Of a stretch of 64,000 bases of DNA, positions 25,110-34,574 are shown piece after piece (position 1 is the first letter of the stretch; each line of letters starts with the position of its first letter). The notes below the pieces were generated by a model. The model saw nothing but the letters and a program-made list of their open reading frames with translations. It was not told the origin of the DNA and did not search any database. The translations under genes were made by a program, and so were the position numbers. Source of the DNA: a virus; the IMG/VR virus record IMGVR_UViG_3300020219_000012, positions 1 through 64,000 of that record, one strand, 5' to 3'.

Positions 25110-26687
25110 ATGAGTCTTCATAATGTTCGCGTGCCACCCGACTCGTCGGGAAAGCGGGTGCTTCAGCAGGCCCTGATCGAGATCAGCTACGGCAGTGGCA
25201 CAGCGCCGTTCGTGACCGGCGACCGCATCCTCTGCGCCAGTTCGGCCATCGCCGGGGTGGTCGTCCAGGTGGATGGGGGTACCTTGACCGGCACCATCAC
25301 GGTCAACCTGGACGATGACAGTCCATCGACAGAGACCCTGGGCGAGGCCATCGAGGTTGCGTCGATCTCTCGCGCCTTGCTCACATTGGCGACCCCTTAC
25401 TTCGTCCAGAGCGTCGTAAACGTCAGCGCTGCCAATGCCCTGAACGGGCAGATTATCAACGATTACGGAGCCTCACTGGTCGCCTTCGCTGAGGGTCAGC
25501 CCACGCTGACGGCTGATGGCGGCATGCGAACGGGGACTGCGTTTCAGCTGGGGCGGTACTCGTTTATCGATAGCTCGAATCCGCTGGACCTGTGGTCCGA
25601 TGTGGCCGGAACGGGTGCGACGACTCACGCTCCGGTATCCTCAACCATGCTTCTGCAGGTAGGGAGCGATAGCGGCGCTCGCGCCAACCTGACCACGGTC
25701 AGGTATCACTCCTATCTGCCGGGCGTTAGCCAGGCCGGCCTGTTCTCGCTCGTCCTGGGCGATTCCGGTAAAGCTGGCAACGTGCGCGAATGGGGATACG
25801 GCGACAACCTCAACGGCCTGTTCTGGACGATGAACGGAACGGATCTGGGGGTTACGGTGCGGTCGGACACTTCCGGAGCCCCTGTCGACACGTTCACGCC
25901 CAGGGCGGACTGGAACGGAGATCCACTCGACGGGACCGGTCAGTCGAGGTTCGTGCTGGACGTTTCCAAGAGGAACATTTTCTGGATCGACTTTCTCTGG
26001 CTTGGCAGCGGTGCCGTTCGATTCGGGGTGTACGACGGTCACGGGCGGAGGTTGGTGGCGCACACAGCCGAACACGTCGGCGTTGGCGTGTTGCCATATA
26101 TGTCCACGGCCACCCTCCCGCTAATGGTCTCAAATCGGAACACGGCGGCCACGGCTTCAACTACCGAGCTGCGACTGATCTGCATGTCCGTGGAGGCAGG
26201 CAATCGCCACGACTACGTCTACGATCATTTCTCGGACATCCAGGGGTCGACCCTTAAGACCATTACCACCGAGACTCCGGTGCTTAGCATCCGTCCGAAG
26301 ACGACGGTCAGTGGCAAGGTTAATAGAATTCAGGTGGTGCTGGATACGGTCTCCGTCCTGGTCATCGGCGGACCCGTGCGGGTGGATTTTTTGTACGGCG
26401 TACTGGCGATGACCGGGGCCGTCTGGAGCCCGGGCGAGGGCAGCATGGAGTATGACGTCGACGCCTCGGCCGTCACCGACTACACCCGAAAGTCGATCTC
26501 ACTGATTCTAGCCCCCGGTGCTCACAACATCGAGATGCTCAAGTACATCGCGCCTACCCAGTCCGCCATTGGACTTCACCCGGATGGCGTTACCGCCCCG
26601 GTCGTGAGCTGCGTCTTGACCAAGCTGGTACCGGCCGACACCGTCACGGCATTGGCCGGACTCACCCACCGCGAACATCGAATCTAG
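25110..26687 (+). CDS. Structural protein with lectin/ConA-like domain
   Basis: 525 aa; RYHSYLPG..WGYGD..NGLFW..WNGDPLDG..FWIDFLWLGSGAVRFG pattern typical of phage beta-sandwich proteins. Confidence 0.5.
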   Translation: MSLHNVRVPPDSSGKRVLQQALIEISYGSGTAPFVTGDRILCASSAIAGVVVQVDGGTLTGTITVNLDDDSPSTETLGEAIEVASISRALLTLATPYFVQSVVNVSAANALNGQIINDYGASLVAFAEGQPTLTADGGMRTGTAFQLGRYSFIDSSNPLDLWSDVAGTGATTHAPVSSTMLLQVGSDSGARANLTTVRYHSYLPGVSQAGLFSLVLGDSGKAGNVREWGYGDNLNGLFWTMNGTDLGVTVRSDTSGAPVDTFTPRADWNGDPLDGTGQSRFVLDVSKRNIFWIDFLWLGSGAVRFGVYDGHGRRLVAHTAEHVGVGVLPYMSTATLPLMVSNRNTAATASTTELRLICMSVEAGNRHDYVYDHFSDIQGSTLKTITTETPVLSIRPKTTVSGKVNRIQVVLDTVSVLVIGGPVRVDFLYGVLAMTGAVWSPGEGSMEYDVDASAVTDYTRKSISLILAPGAHNIEMLKYIAPTQSAIGLHPDGVTAPVVSCVLTKLVPADTVTALAGLTHREHRI

Positions 26688-26690
26688 GCG

Positions 26691-27224
26691 ATGCTGACGT
26701 CCGTCTACAGTGGCGCCTGGGACTACTGGGAGCTTCGTCACAAAGTGACTTTCGATCCCGAGCTGAAGCTCATCGTTATTAACGACGGCGTGGGCGAGAT
26801 CGATGTGCAGATCGATCTTTACTCCGACTCGAAGGAGTGGCTGCTGGTTGATGACAACGGCAGGTACGCCCCGCCGATGCGATCCGTTGGTGGCGATCCA
26901 CTTCCGGGTGGAAATCCACTGGGGCGAACATTCTTCCTGATCAACGGATGGCGCATCCTGCTGGGCCACGCCGTCGTGTTCACGGGGAACCTCTATTCCG
27001 AGAACTTCGCCAGCCCCTACCTTGTCGCCGCCGGCGTGCAGCTCGCCTCCGAGCAGCGGTCGAATCTGGTCGACGTGGCCCAGGCAACCATCGAGCCAAG
27101 CGACCTGGCCGGCCTGTCAGACGACATCTCTGCTGCCGTCTGGCAGTACACGCTTGGCGGGGCCACTGCCGAGGACCGCCTGCGACGAGCCCTGACCCTC
27201 GCGCAGTTCCTTGCCCTCAAGTAG
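26691..27224 (+). CDS. Hypothetical virion protein
   Basis: 177 aa; shares FD..I.I..Q..YS..KE..W pattern with the 20290 protein. Confidence 0.6.
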   Translation: MLTSVYSGAWDYWELRHKVTFDPELKLIVINDGVGEIDVQIDLYSDSKEWLLVDDNGRYAPPMRSVGGDPLPGGNPLGRTFFLINGWRILLGHAVVFTGNLYSENFASPYLVAAGVQLASEQRSNLVDVAQATIEPSDLAGLSDDISAAVWQYTLGGATAEDRLRRALTLAQFLALK

Positions 27225-27229
27225 CGCGG

Positions 27230-27688
27230 TCAATCCGGGTAGCCCGGTCCAAACCGATGCCTCAGTGCCTGCAGGATCGAACCGCCGGCTGCGCCGCTGA
27301 AAACGTCAGAGCCAAGATCTGCATATGACATGACCGGGGCTCGATTCAATTTATGACCGAAGCTGCGCCCCAGAAACGGCCCAGTTTTAAGTTCCTTCGT
27401 CAGCTTGCGCTTGGACTGGCGGCCCACCGCATTGGCAACAGCCTTCATCACGCTCCGGTTGTGTACAAACCGTCCCAGGCTACGAGATAGTACGGTCATC
27501 ACGGGGGCGATGACCGCACCGAAGGCGATCGAGCGAGCGTAGTTTTTACCATGGCTGGTAGATGACGAAACGATCCTGTCGACCGTGTCGTCTCCATCGG
27601 AGGAAAGAACAGATTGCCTGATCAGGGCTGGGTTCGCCGCCCCGACCTTCATGAGCTCGTCCGAGAACGCGGCAAGGAATGGTCGCAT
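27230..27688 (-). CDS. FxxELxKx(A/G)-leader protein
   Basis: MRPFLAAFSDELMKVGA; basic, with hydrophobic segments; TAGACT 8 nt before ATG and no SD. Confidence 0.65.
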   Translation of the reverse strand: MRPFLAAFSDELMKVGAANPALIRQSVLSSDGDDTVDRIVSSSTSHGKNYARSIAFGAVIAPVMTVLSRSLGRFVHNRSVMKAVANAVGRQSKRKLTKELKTGPFLGRSFGHKLNRAPVMSYADLGSDVFSGAAGGSILQALRHRFGPGYPD

Positions 27689-27705
27689 CGAACTTCAGTC
27701 TACCT

Positions 27706-27730
27706 AAAAAACAGCGCGCCAGCGCTGCTG
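27706..27730 (-). terminator. Intrinsic terminator
   Basis: Minus strand CAGCGC-TGGC-GCGCTG-TTTTTT after the 27736 stop. Confidence 0.65.
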
Positions 27731-27735
27731 TCGGA

Positions 27736-28170
27736 CTAGCAGATGAAGAGTTTAGGGATGCCGCTCTCGGCGAGAGTCTTGCGGATCATCTCGACAAGGG
27801 AGAATGCCCCCTCGAGCTCTCGATTCGCCGCCGCCACCGCGTCGTCGGCCATCTTGCTGGCGTTGCGGGCGGTGACAGAGTCCCCCATGCCGGCCGCCAC
27901 CTCGGACTGCAATGTGAACCTGCCCAGACTCTGCAGATGGTCGGCCGCATCCCGCATGGCCGACTGGGCAAGGTCACGCCCTGCCGCCATCCTGCGGCGC
28001 CCAACGACAAGCCGCTGCATGTGCGTGCCGCTCAGCATCGCTGCATCGAGCTCTACCAGATCCAGTGTCAGCTCGGAGGTTTTCTCGAACTTTTCGACAT
28101 CCTTCAGCAGGGCTCTAAGCTCTCGTCCGAGACTCTCATACATATCAATCAGGGCTTCGTAGGTGGACAT
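27736..28170 (-). CDS. Hypothetical helical protein
   Basis: AGGAGG RBS; 144 aa. Confidence 0.65.
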   Translation of the reverse strand: MSTYEALIDMYESLGRELRALLKDVEKFEKTSELTLDLVELDAAMLSGTHMQRLVVGRRRMAAGRDLAQSAMRDAADHLQSLGRFTLQSEVAAGMGDSVTARNASKMADDAVAAANRELEGAFSLVEMIRKTLAESGIPKLFIC

Positions 28171-28194
28171 CGTGAAGCCTCCTTTCTGATCTAC

Positions 28195-28848
28195 TTATGC
28201 CTGGATCGAGATCTCCGCAGCGAGTGGGCGAGCGATGGAGCCAGAGCCGCCAACACCGGAAGACAGTGTCTCGAATAGTTGAAGCAGTGCTTCGCCAACC
28301 TTTGACCCATCGGTCCAGGTTGCACCGAAGGCGAGCATGGTCTCGTCCATGAAGAAGGGATCGCCATTACGGGAGGCGTTCAGCACTACCGGCCCAGCCA
28401 GACGCCATCGCTTGTGCTGCTTGTCGCCACCCCAGTAGTCGACGGCGCCGTACACGGCACCGACCGGCATGTCGCCAACCACTCGGACCTTGTCATCCTC
28501 GATGAGGTAACCGCGGGCACGGAAGTAGCCCATGTCGGTCGGACCCAGGCGACCGTTCGACATGGCTGCCTGGTACAGGGCTCCACCCTCAGGGACGATC
28601 TTTCGATCGAAAGCGACGTGGACGATCGTTCGCAGCGGGGAGCCGTCGAAGCTGGGGGCGATCCTCTGTGCGAGTCCAAAGGCCAGTGCCGATATATCGG
28701 GCGGCTGTCCGCCGCAGGCATTGGCTTGCTCGATTAGACCCTTCCAGATCTTCGTCTGGTCGTATTTGCCTGGGCGTGCTGCAGGCGTCGCACCGGCGAC
28801 GGCCGCGAACGCCGATAGGTCTCCGCCGCAGTGGGGGCAGAACTTCAT
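28195..28848 (-). CDS. Hypothetical protein with N-terminal CxxC
   Basis: MKFCPHCG; AGGAG RBS. Confidence 0.7.
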   Translation of the reverse strand: MKFCPHCGGDLSAFAAVAGATPAARPGKYDQTKIWKGLIEQANACGGQPPDISALAFGLAQRIAPSFDGSPLRTIVHVAFDRKIVPEGGALYQAAMSNGRLGPTDMGYFRARGYLIEDDKVRVVGDMPVGAVYGAVDYWGGDKQHKRWRLAGPVVLNASRNGDPFFMDETMLAFGATWTDGSKVGEALLQLFETLSSGVGGSGSIARPLAAEISIQA

Positions 28849-28879
28849 CTGATTCTCCTTTTGCTGTATTTCCCGTCGC

Positions 28880-28906
28880 TTGACCCGGTTCGGGATAGCT
28901 TATACT
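28880..28906 (+). promoter_or_regulatory. sigma70-like promoter
   Basis: TTGACC-N15-TATACT upstream of the head-cargo cluster. Confidence 0.45.
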
Positions 28907-28941
28907 TTCGACAACGCGCCAGGCGCAACGAGGGCAACCCG

Positions 28942-29886
28942 ATGAACAGCCACTTCCAGTATTTGCTTGGTGGGTCGCAGCAGACCAAGGTCGCGTCCGA
29001 GCAGCTCGAGTTGCTAGGAAGGACCGCCGCCCGTCGCTACCTCCATGAGAGCGCGCCCTTGAACTCGTCCATCAAGAAGATGGCTGAGGAAAACGAGCTC
29101 AATCCCAATCAGATCGAGCGGGTCTGCGAGATCGCCAACATCGCCACGCACCAGGGTCTCTGGGCGAAGACGGCGCAGAAGGAGAGCATCGCCTTCGATC
29201 TGGCAGACGCCAAAACCATCGTGCGCGTAGGCGGAGGAGCTGCCGCGGCCCCGTGCGGCGAGTGCAGCACGCCCAAGCCGCCGGTCGTGTCGTGCGGAGA
29301 CTCGGACTACATGGGGCCGCCGAAGGGGATTCCCTCGGCCGGCCCGACGATGTCGTCGCTAATGGGTGTAGATCCGTCGCAGGTTCACAACGGACTAGGC
29401 GCCGAGCCTGACCGCAAGCGAATCATCATCGTTATCCAGAAGCACGCAGAGGCGCGCAAGACGCTCGCCGGCCAGCTCGTCTACAAGGGCATGGAGCTCG
29501 AGTCGCTCGAGAAGAAGGCGTTCGAGACCGTCAAGCAATGCGTACTGGGCGGCGATAGCATTGCCCACATCTACCAGGCCGCCGCCGGCATGGGCCTCGG
29601 CAAGATCGCCGAAGAGTACCTCCCAGAGTTCGAAGATCGGCTCATCGAGTCGGTCCATGGCCACATCCATCGCCGCCTCGTCAAAGAGGCTATCGGACGG
29701 GCCCCCGAGGATCTCATCAGCTCCGACATGGGAAACACGACCGTGATCAACGGCGCCCACCCTGTCATGATCTCGCTGGATACGATCCAGAGGAAGACCG
29801 GCGAGATCAAGAACGGACTCCACAACCTCCTGCGCATCGACGACGAGATCAAGGTCTTCAGCCAGCGCATGCGTGAGCTGTCGTGA
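28942..29886 (+). CDS. Putative head protein with K-x-A sites
   Basis: MNSHFQY..TKVAS..AKTAQ..QKHAE..VKEAI; LNPNQIERVCE.AN helical motif. Confidence 0.65.
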   Translation: MNSHFQYLLGGSQQTKVASEQLELLGRTAARRYLHESAPLNSSIKKMAEENELNPNQIERVCEIANIATHQGLWAKTAQKESIAFDLADAKTIVRVGGGAAAAPCGECSTPKPPVVSCGDSDYMGPPKGIPSAGPTMSSLMGVDPSQVHNGLGAEPDRKRIIIVIQKHAEARKTLAGQLVYKGMELESLEKKAFETVKQCVLGGDSIAHIYQAAAGMGLGKIAEEYLPEFEDRLIESVHGHIHRRLVKEAIGRAPEDLISSDMGNTTVINGAHPVMISLDTIQRKTGEIKNGLHNLLRIDDEIKVFSQRMRELS

Positions 29887-30290
29887 ATCATCGAACGGTT
29901 GGCTTTGCCAGCGAGCTCATCAAGATGGGCGGTCTACTCAGCGGCATCATGTCCAGCGGCGGCGGACTCCTGAAGAAGACCGTCGGCCTAGCCGCTCGTA
30001 ATCCGATGAAGGCGCTTGGGGTCGGCATGATCGTCGCGCCCACGGTCATGGCTGCCAGCAGCGCCTATAAGGGCGGCATGCAGCCTGGGGAGAAGGGGCG
30101 CTACCTGGCCGCGGGGCGCGACGGGTCCGGGCGCATCCGTGCAAGCGATGCCGCCTATACGAACTACCACGAGCTGTTCGATCACAAGCCGACGCCAAAG
30201 CAGGTTCGGGCGCTCAGCAAGAATCACAAGCCCGAGATGTTCAACCGCGTGAAGCATGCGCTTACGCCGACCGGCCCCAAGGAGAAGTGA
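29883..30290 (+). CDS. FxxELxK-leader protein
   Basis: GFASELIKMGG then amphipathic Gly-rich segment. Confidence 0.65.
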   Translation: MNHRTVGFASELIKMGGLLSGIMSSGGGLLKKTVGLAARNPMKALGVGMIVAPTVMAASSAYKGGMQPGEKGRYLAAGRDGSGRIRASDAAYTNYHELFDHKPTPKQVRALSKNHKPEMFNRVKHALTPTGPKEK

Positions 30291-30291
30291 G

Positions 30292-30912
30292 ATGCCACTC
30301 AGCTCGGTAGAACTAGCAAGACGTTGCCATGAGCGAGGGATCCTCTCCAAGGAGGCGATGGACGATGTCCTGCGCGTTCGCTCCAAGCTGATCAAGGAGG
30401 CCCTCGCAGAGAAGGCGGCAAGCTGGGCCGGTGGACTCGGCAAGACGATCAAGGACGGAGCCATCGGATGGAGGGATGCGGCGGGGCACATCGGCAAGAT
30501 GGTCGCCCTCGGCGGGGCGCTCGCCGTCGGGGGCGCAGGGGTCAGCGGACTGATGCGTCACAGCCGTGACAAGTCCGCCATGCGGGACATCGAGAGCTCG
30601 TACAAGCAGATGTTTCACGAGACGCCCGGCCTCGACCAGATGGACAAGGCGAAGATCGTCCGCCACTTCGGCGTGCTCGCTCGCTACGCACCCTCAATCG
30701 CCGCCGACCCGACCGTCGCCGGCGCCTGGGTCAAGAGCACGATCCAGATGGGCCACGTGGACGCCGACCTGGTCGGCAAGCTGAGCACCACGCAGTCCAT
30801 CATCGATCGGCACAATGAAGGTCGCACACTCTTCCAGCCCGGCGCGTTCACGGCCGGGATCAGTGTCGCCAAGGCAGCTCTGGGTAAGCCGCAAACCTCT
30901 GACAACGGCTAG
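30292..30912 (+). CDS. Putative head protein with glycine-zipper helix
   Basis: IKEAL, EKAAS sites; VALGGALAVGGAGVSG hydrophobic helix. Confidence 0.65.
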   Translation: MPLSSVELARRCHERGILSKEAMDDVLRVRSKLIKEALAEKAASWAGGLGKTIKDGAIGWRDAAGHIGKMVALGGALAVGGAGVSGLMRHSRDKSAMRDIESSYKQMFHETPGLDQMDKAKIVRHFGVLARYAPSIAADPTVAGAWVKSTIQMGHVDADLVGKLSTTQSIIDRHNEGRTLFQPGAFTAGISVAKAALGKPQTSDNG

Positions 30913-30921
30913 GGCTGCATC

Positions 30922-32406
30922 GTGCTCAGGCCCGATCCGCTTAACTGGTTCGCCCACGAGAAGGTGGCGAGTGACGTTGATCCGGGTAAGCCGTATCAAA
31001 TCACGAGCGACATCTCGCGCGACGCGATGGACCCGGGGGAGCGCGCCCTGGCCGGAGTGCTTAGCGTTGCCGGATCGCTGAGCGCAAAGTTAGCTCCGAT
31101 GGTCGGCCGAGCCATCGGCAGCAACTCCCTGGACAAGGCGTCCGTCCCTTGGGATGTGGCGCCAATCCGTGGCGTCGGGTCCATCGACGAAGCCCTGGAC
31201 GTCATGCACGACCGCAAGGCTCGGCCGGTCCGCCAGACCGGTCAGGTCATGGGCTTGTTCGATATCAAGCAACGTCACCCGGGCGTGCGCCGCGGTGACG
31301 AGGCTGCTGCCAAGCACCTTTTCGGCCGCTTCGAAAACCTCGACGACCTGCGGACGACCGTTGATTCGTTCATTGACAAGCACGACCTCAAAGCCAAGGG
31401 CGTGCGACTCAACATCCAGAACGGCCCGCTCTCCGGTCTTAGCGGCGGCGCCTATCACCCGGCAACCAAGGAAGTCTACCTGCCGCGCGTCGGCAAGGAG
31501 GTCGTCCTTCACGAGCTCGGCCACGCCGCCGACTACTCCACTCGCATCGGTCGCGTGCGAGCCTTTGCCGAGCCGGCCCTCGAGCGCGGCGTGATGATGG
31601 CACTGCCGATCGCCCTCGCGGCCGGAGACCACATCAAGGAAATGATCCCCGGCACCGTGGATGACAGGGCGATCTCGTTCATGCAGGACCATGCGCCCGG
31701 GATCATGGCCGCCACGTTGACGGCGACCACCCTCTACCCAGAAGCCAAGGCGTCCATCTCGGCTATTCGCCACATCCGCGACCTGGAGCGAGCAGGACGG
31801 CAGCCGGCTGGAGCGACCGTGAAGGCGTTCAAGCGACTGTCTCCTCTGTTTGGGTCGTATCTACTGGGGGCTGTGCCCGCCGTCGTGGGCATGGCCCTGG
31901 CCAAGAAGTACATGAACCAGGCGCGCGATGAGAAGCGAGAGCTTCAGGAGAACGCAGCCATCCAGTTCGAAGAGTTGGAGAAATCGGCCGCCGGATTTCT
32001 GACCGGAGTCCGGCAGGTCGGCGACGTCGCCAAGCAGATCGCCATCGGCACCCGCGACCTGATGACTCACCCCCACACCCTTCGTCGCTTGGGGCGAGCC
32101 GCGAAGGAGGTCGGTGGTTCACCGGAGTTCATCCGCGGTGCCCTCGGGGCCGCGATCCCGGCCACGCTCGGCGCGCTCTATATCTACGGGACGCCGGGCG
32201 GCAAAGAAGTCAGCTCGCGCATGCATCCAGATGTCCAGTCGCACTTGCTCAGGCATAAAGGCAGCTCCATCGGGCCGGCGGCCATCAAGGACGAGAAGTG
32301 GCGTGGGGAGCATCCGTTTCGGTTCGCCGGCATGGTCGCTGCCGGGGCAGCCCTCTCCGGTGGCATCATGTCGCGCTTCATCCATGACCTGACCAGGGTG
32401 CTCTGA
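30922..32406 (+). CDS. HExxH metallopeptidase-like membrane/virion protein
   Basis: VVLHELGH, YPEAKAS, several hydrophobic helices; EKVAS and EELEKSAA sites. Confidence 0.6.
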   Translation: MLRPDPLNWFAHEKVASDVDPGKPYQITSDISRDAMDPGERALAGVLSVAGSLSAKLAPMVGRAIGSNSLDKASVPWDVAPIRGVGSIDEALDVMHDRKARPVRQTGQVMGLFDIKQRHPGVRRGDEAAAKHLFGRFENLDDLRTTVDSFIDKHDLKAKGVRLNIQNGPLSGLSGGAYHPATKEVYLPRVGKEVVLHELGHAADYSTRIGRVRAFAEPALERGVMMALPIALAAGDHIKEMIPGTVDDRAISFMQDHAPGIMAATLTATTLYPEAKASISAIRHIRDLERAGRQPAGATVKAFKRLSPLFGSYLLGAVPAVVGMALAKKYMNQARDEKRELQENAAIQFEELEKSAAGFLTGVRQVGDVAKQIAIGTRDLMTHPHTLRRLGRAAKEVGGSPEFIRGALGAAIPATLGALYIYGTPGGKEVSSRMHPDVQSHLLRHKGSSIGPAAIKDEKWRGEHPFRFAGMVAAGAALSGGIMSRFIHDLTRVL

Positions 32407-33218
32407 TGTGGATGCGTGGCGTAAGGCTGCTGGGCGGGTGGACGCACCCAGAGCTTGCTGCATTGAACCGCATGCTAAGGCCGCTGCCGAGAAACTGGCT
32501 CGAGGGCAACGGGAACCTGCTTTCCATCATTCGGCGCAAGGCACTAGCCGATGCGCCGCCCGGTGCACCGGGTCATTCGAAGTACGACCCGGGGGCTCGC
32601 TCGATTGTCGTATACGACAAGGGCGTGTATCATCGCGGCCGCATCGACCAGGAGCAATTTCGGAGATCTGTATTTCATGAACTCGGTCACTCCATCCTCG
32701 AAGGGGATGATTCGATCCTTGCCCGATGGACCGCTGACACATCAAAAGATGGCTTCGTCGACGAGTACGCCAAGACCAGCCCCGCCGAAGACTTCTGCGA
32801 CACGTTCTCCGAGTTCCTGATCTTTCCTCAAAAGACCCAGCAAGTCGTCCCACGCAAGTGGCGGTTCTTGTACAACCTCATGCATCAAGCCCGGCCACAG
32901 GAGAAAACAGCCATGCCATTCCTCTACGCATTCACCCAAGAGCTCACCAAGGTCGCCGCCAGCTCCGGCGCGATGCGCGGATTCGCGAACATGGCCAAGA
33001 AGGTCATGGGATCGAACGTCGGCAAGGGAGCTCTTGCGGTCGGCGCCGGTGGCGCCGGTGGCGCGGCGCTCGGGCTAGCGAAGGGCAAGCGCTCCGGCTA
33101 CGAGCGGGGCACTGAAGACGTTTCAGTCGTCGCTACCCGCGCGCTGCAGGTCGGCCGCCAGCAGGGCGCGCAGATCGGCTACAGCTACGCCATGCAGCAG
33201 ATGAAGGCGAAGAAGTAG
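32406..33218 (+). CDS. Zincin (HELGH) domain fused to FxxELxKxA-leader cargo
   Basis: VFHELGH..YAKTSPAEDFCDTF; in-frame internal ATG32913 with AGGAG RBS starting MPFLYAFTQELTKVAA. Confidence 0.6.
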   Translation: MWMRGVRLLGGWTHPELAALNRMLRPLPRNWLEGNGNLLSIIRRKALADAPPGAPGHSKYDPGARSIVVYDKGVYHRGRIDQEQFRRSVFHELGHSILEGDDSILARWTADTSKDGFVDEYAKTSPAEDFCDTFSEFLIFPQKTQQVVPRKWRFLYNLMHQARPQEKTAMPFLYAFTQELTKVAASSGAMRGFANMAKKVMGSNVGKGALAVGAGGAGGAALGLAKGKRSGYERGTEDVSVVATRALQVGRQQGAQIGYSYAMQQMKAKK

Positions 33219-33222
33219 CGCA

Positions 33223-34074
33223 ATGACCAGGAAGCCCGAAGGACGCTTCTTCCGCGACCTCGACGGCCGTGACGACGGCATGTTCATGGGCAAGGCTGCC
33301 AGCCAGCCGGTGCCGATCGTCAACGCGTCCGGGGGCAAGGGCGACAAGTCAGATCAGTCGTCGAAGCTCAACGTCGGCGCTACTGGTGCGCCGGTAGGCG
33401 GCAGCGGCTTCGGTGGCCAGGGCATGGGCGGCGGAATGTACGGCACCGGCAAGGGTGTCGCCAAGAAGGCGGGGGCCGCTCCTTCCGACTGGGATGCCGA
33501 TACCAGCCTGCCGACCGGCTTCCATCGTCCAGCCTCCGAGCAGCCGAACGAGCTCGAGTCTGGCGGCGAGCGATTTCATGACACGAGCGACGGCACCGTG
33601 GCCCAACCAAGCAACCGCCACCGCCACGGTCTAGTGGAGGGTGGAGCCATGACGATGCGAGCCACTTCCAGCTCTCAGATGGGCAAGCACGCCTCTGCGC
33701 CAAGGTTCCTGGGCACGTCGTACGGAATCGAGAAGAGCGCCTTTGCTAGCGGACCTGAGCCAGGCAAGGCGAAGGGTAGCGAATGGGTTGGCCGGCGCGC
33801 GGACGAGTTCACTGGCAGCCTACGCAACGCGGCCGGTGGCGTCGGAGACTTTCTTGACTCTGGCGTCAAGGCAGTCACTCGCAGCCCCGTCGGCGCAACG
33901 CTCGCCACGCTCCTTGCGGCGCGCATGGGCCTCGGCGGAATCAAGAGGATCGGCCGCCTTGCCAAGGGCAAGCCGCCGACTCCGCCACCGTCGGCGGCAT
34001 CGGGCTTCGTTGGAAAGCTCAGGGCTGCCGCCGGGCGCGCAGTCCTCAACGCTCGCAACTTCGTGACCAAGTAA
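33223..34074 (+). CDS. Gly-rich putative internal head protein
   Basis: GKAAS, GKHAS, EKSAF sites; amphipathic basic C-terminal part. Confidence 0.6.
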   Translation: MTRKPEGRFFRDLDGRDDGMFMGKAASQPVPIVNASGGKGDKSDQSSKLNVGATGAPVGGSGFGGQGMGGGMYGTGKGVAKKAGAAPSDWDADTSLPTGFHRPASEQPNELESGGERFHDTSDGTVAQPSNRHRHGLVEGGAMTMRATSSSQMGKHASAPRFLGTSYGIEKSAFASGPEPGKAKGSEWVGRRADEFTGSLRNAAGGVGDFLDSGVKAVTRSPVGATLATLLAARMGLGGIKRIGRLAKGKPPTPPPSAASGFVGKLRAAAGRAVLNARNFVTK

Positions 34075-34125
34075 ACTTTCTCGAACTCAGATATAACCAG
34101 CAGAGCCACAAAGGACGAAAGACAC

Positions 34126-34554
34126 ATGCGCAACCTGACCGACATCCACAACCAGCTCAGCGCGGCCGATCAGGTCTACCTCGAGAAGCACGCCGAGCAG
34201 ATCAAGATCGCCGAAGAGGAGGATGCGGCCGGCCGCATCATGGCGCGCGGCTTCGCCGATGAGCTCACCAAGCTCGCAGGGCCGGCCAAGAGCCCCCTCA
34301 CCAATACCGTTCCTGGATCGACTGGCGGCTTTGGTAGCAGCTCCGCGTCCATCAAGGCGCCAGGTGGCACCGTGAAGTCGGGGCCGTACAAGACCGGTGG
34401 CGGCGCGACGGGCCCCGCCAAGCCTGCCGCCCCTGCGCAGCGTACGCCGATGGTGCCGCCGGTGAACCCGAACAGCGCTGCCAACGGCGGCGGTGGTCGC
34501 GCGTCGGCCGTGCCGAAGCCCAAGATGGGCACCGGTCGCGGCGTTCGCGGTTAA
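34126..34554 (+). CDS. GRIMARGFxDE-leader protein with Pro/Gly/Lys-rich tail
   Basis: EKHAEQIKIAEEEDAAGRIMARGFADELTKLAG. Confidence 0.7.
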   Translation: MRNLTDIHNQLSAADQVYLEKHAEQIKIAEEEDAAGRIMARGFADELTKLAGPAKSPLTNTVPGSTGGFGSSSASIKAPGGTVKSGPYKTGGGATGPAKPAAPAQRTPMVPPVNPNSAANGGGGRASAVPKPKMGTGRGVRG

Positions 34555-34574
34555 TCATTCGACCGGAGGTCCGC

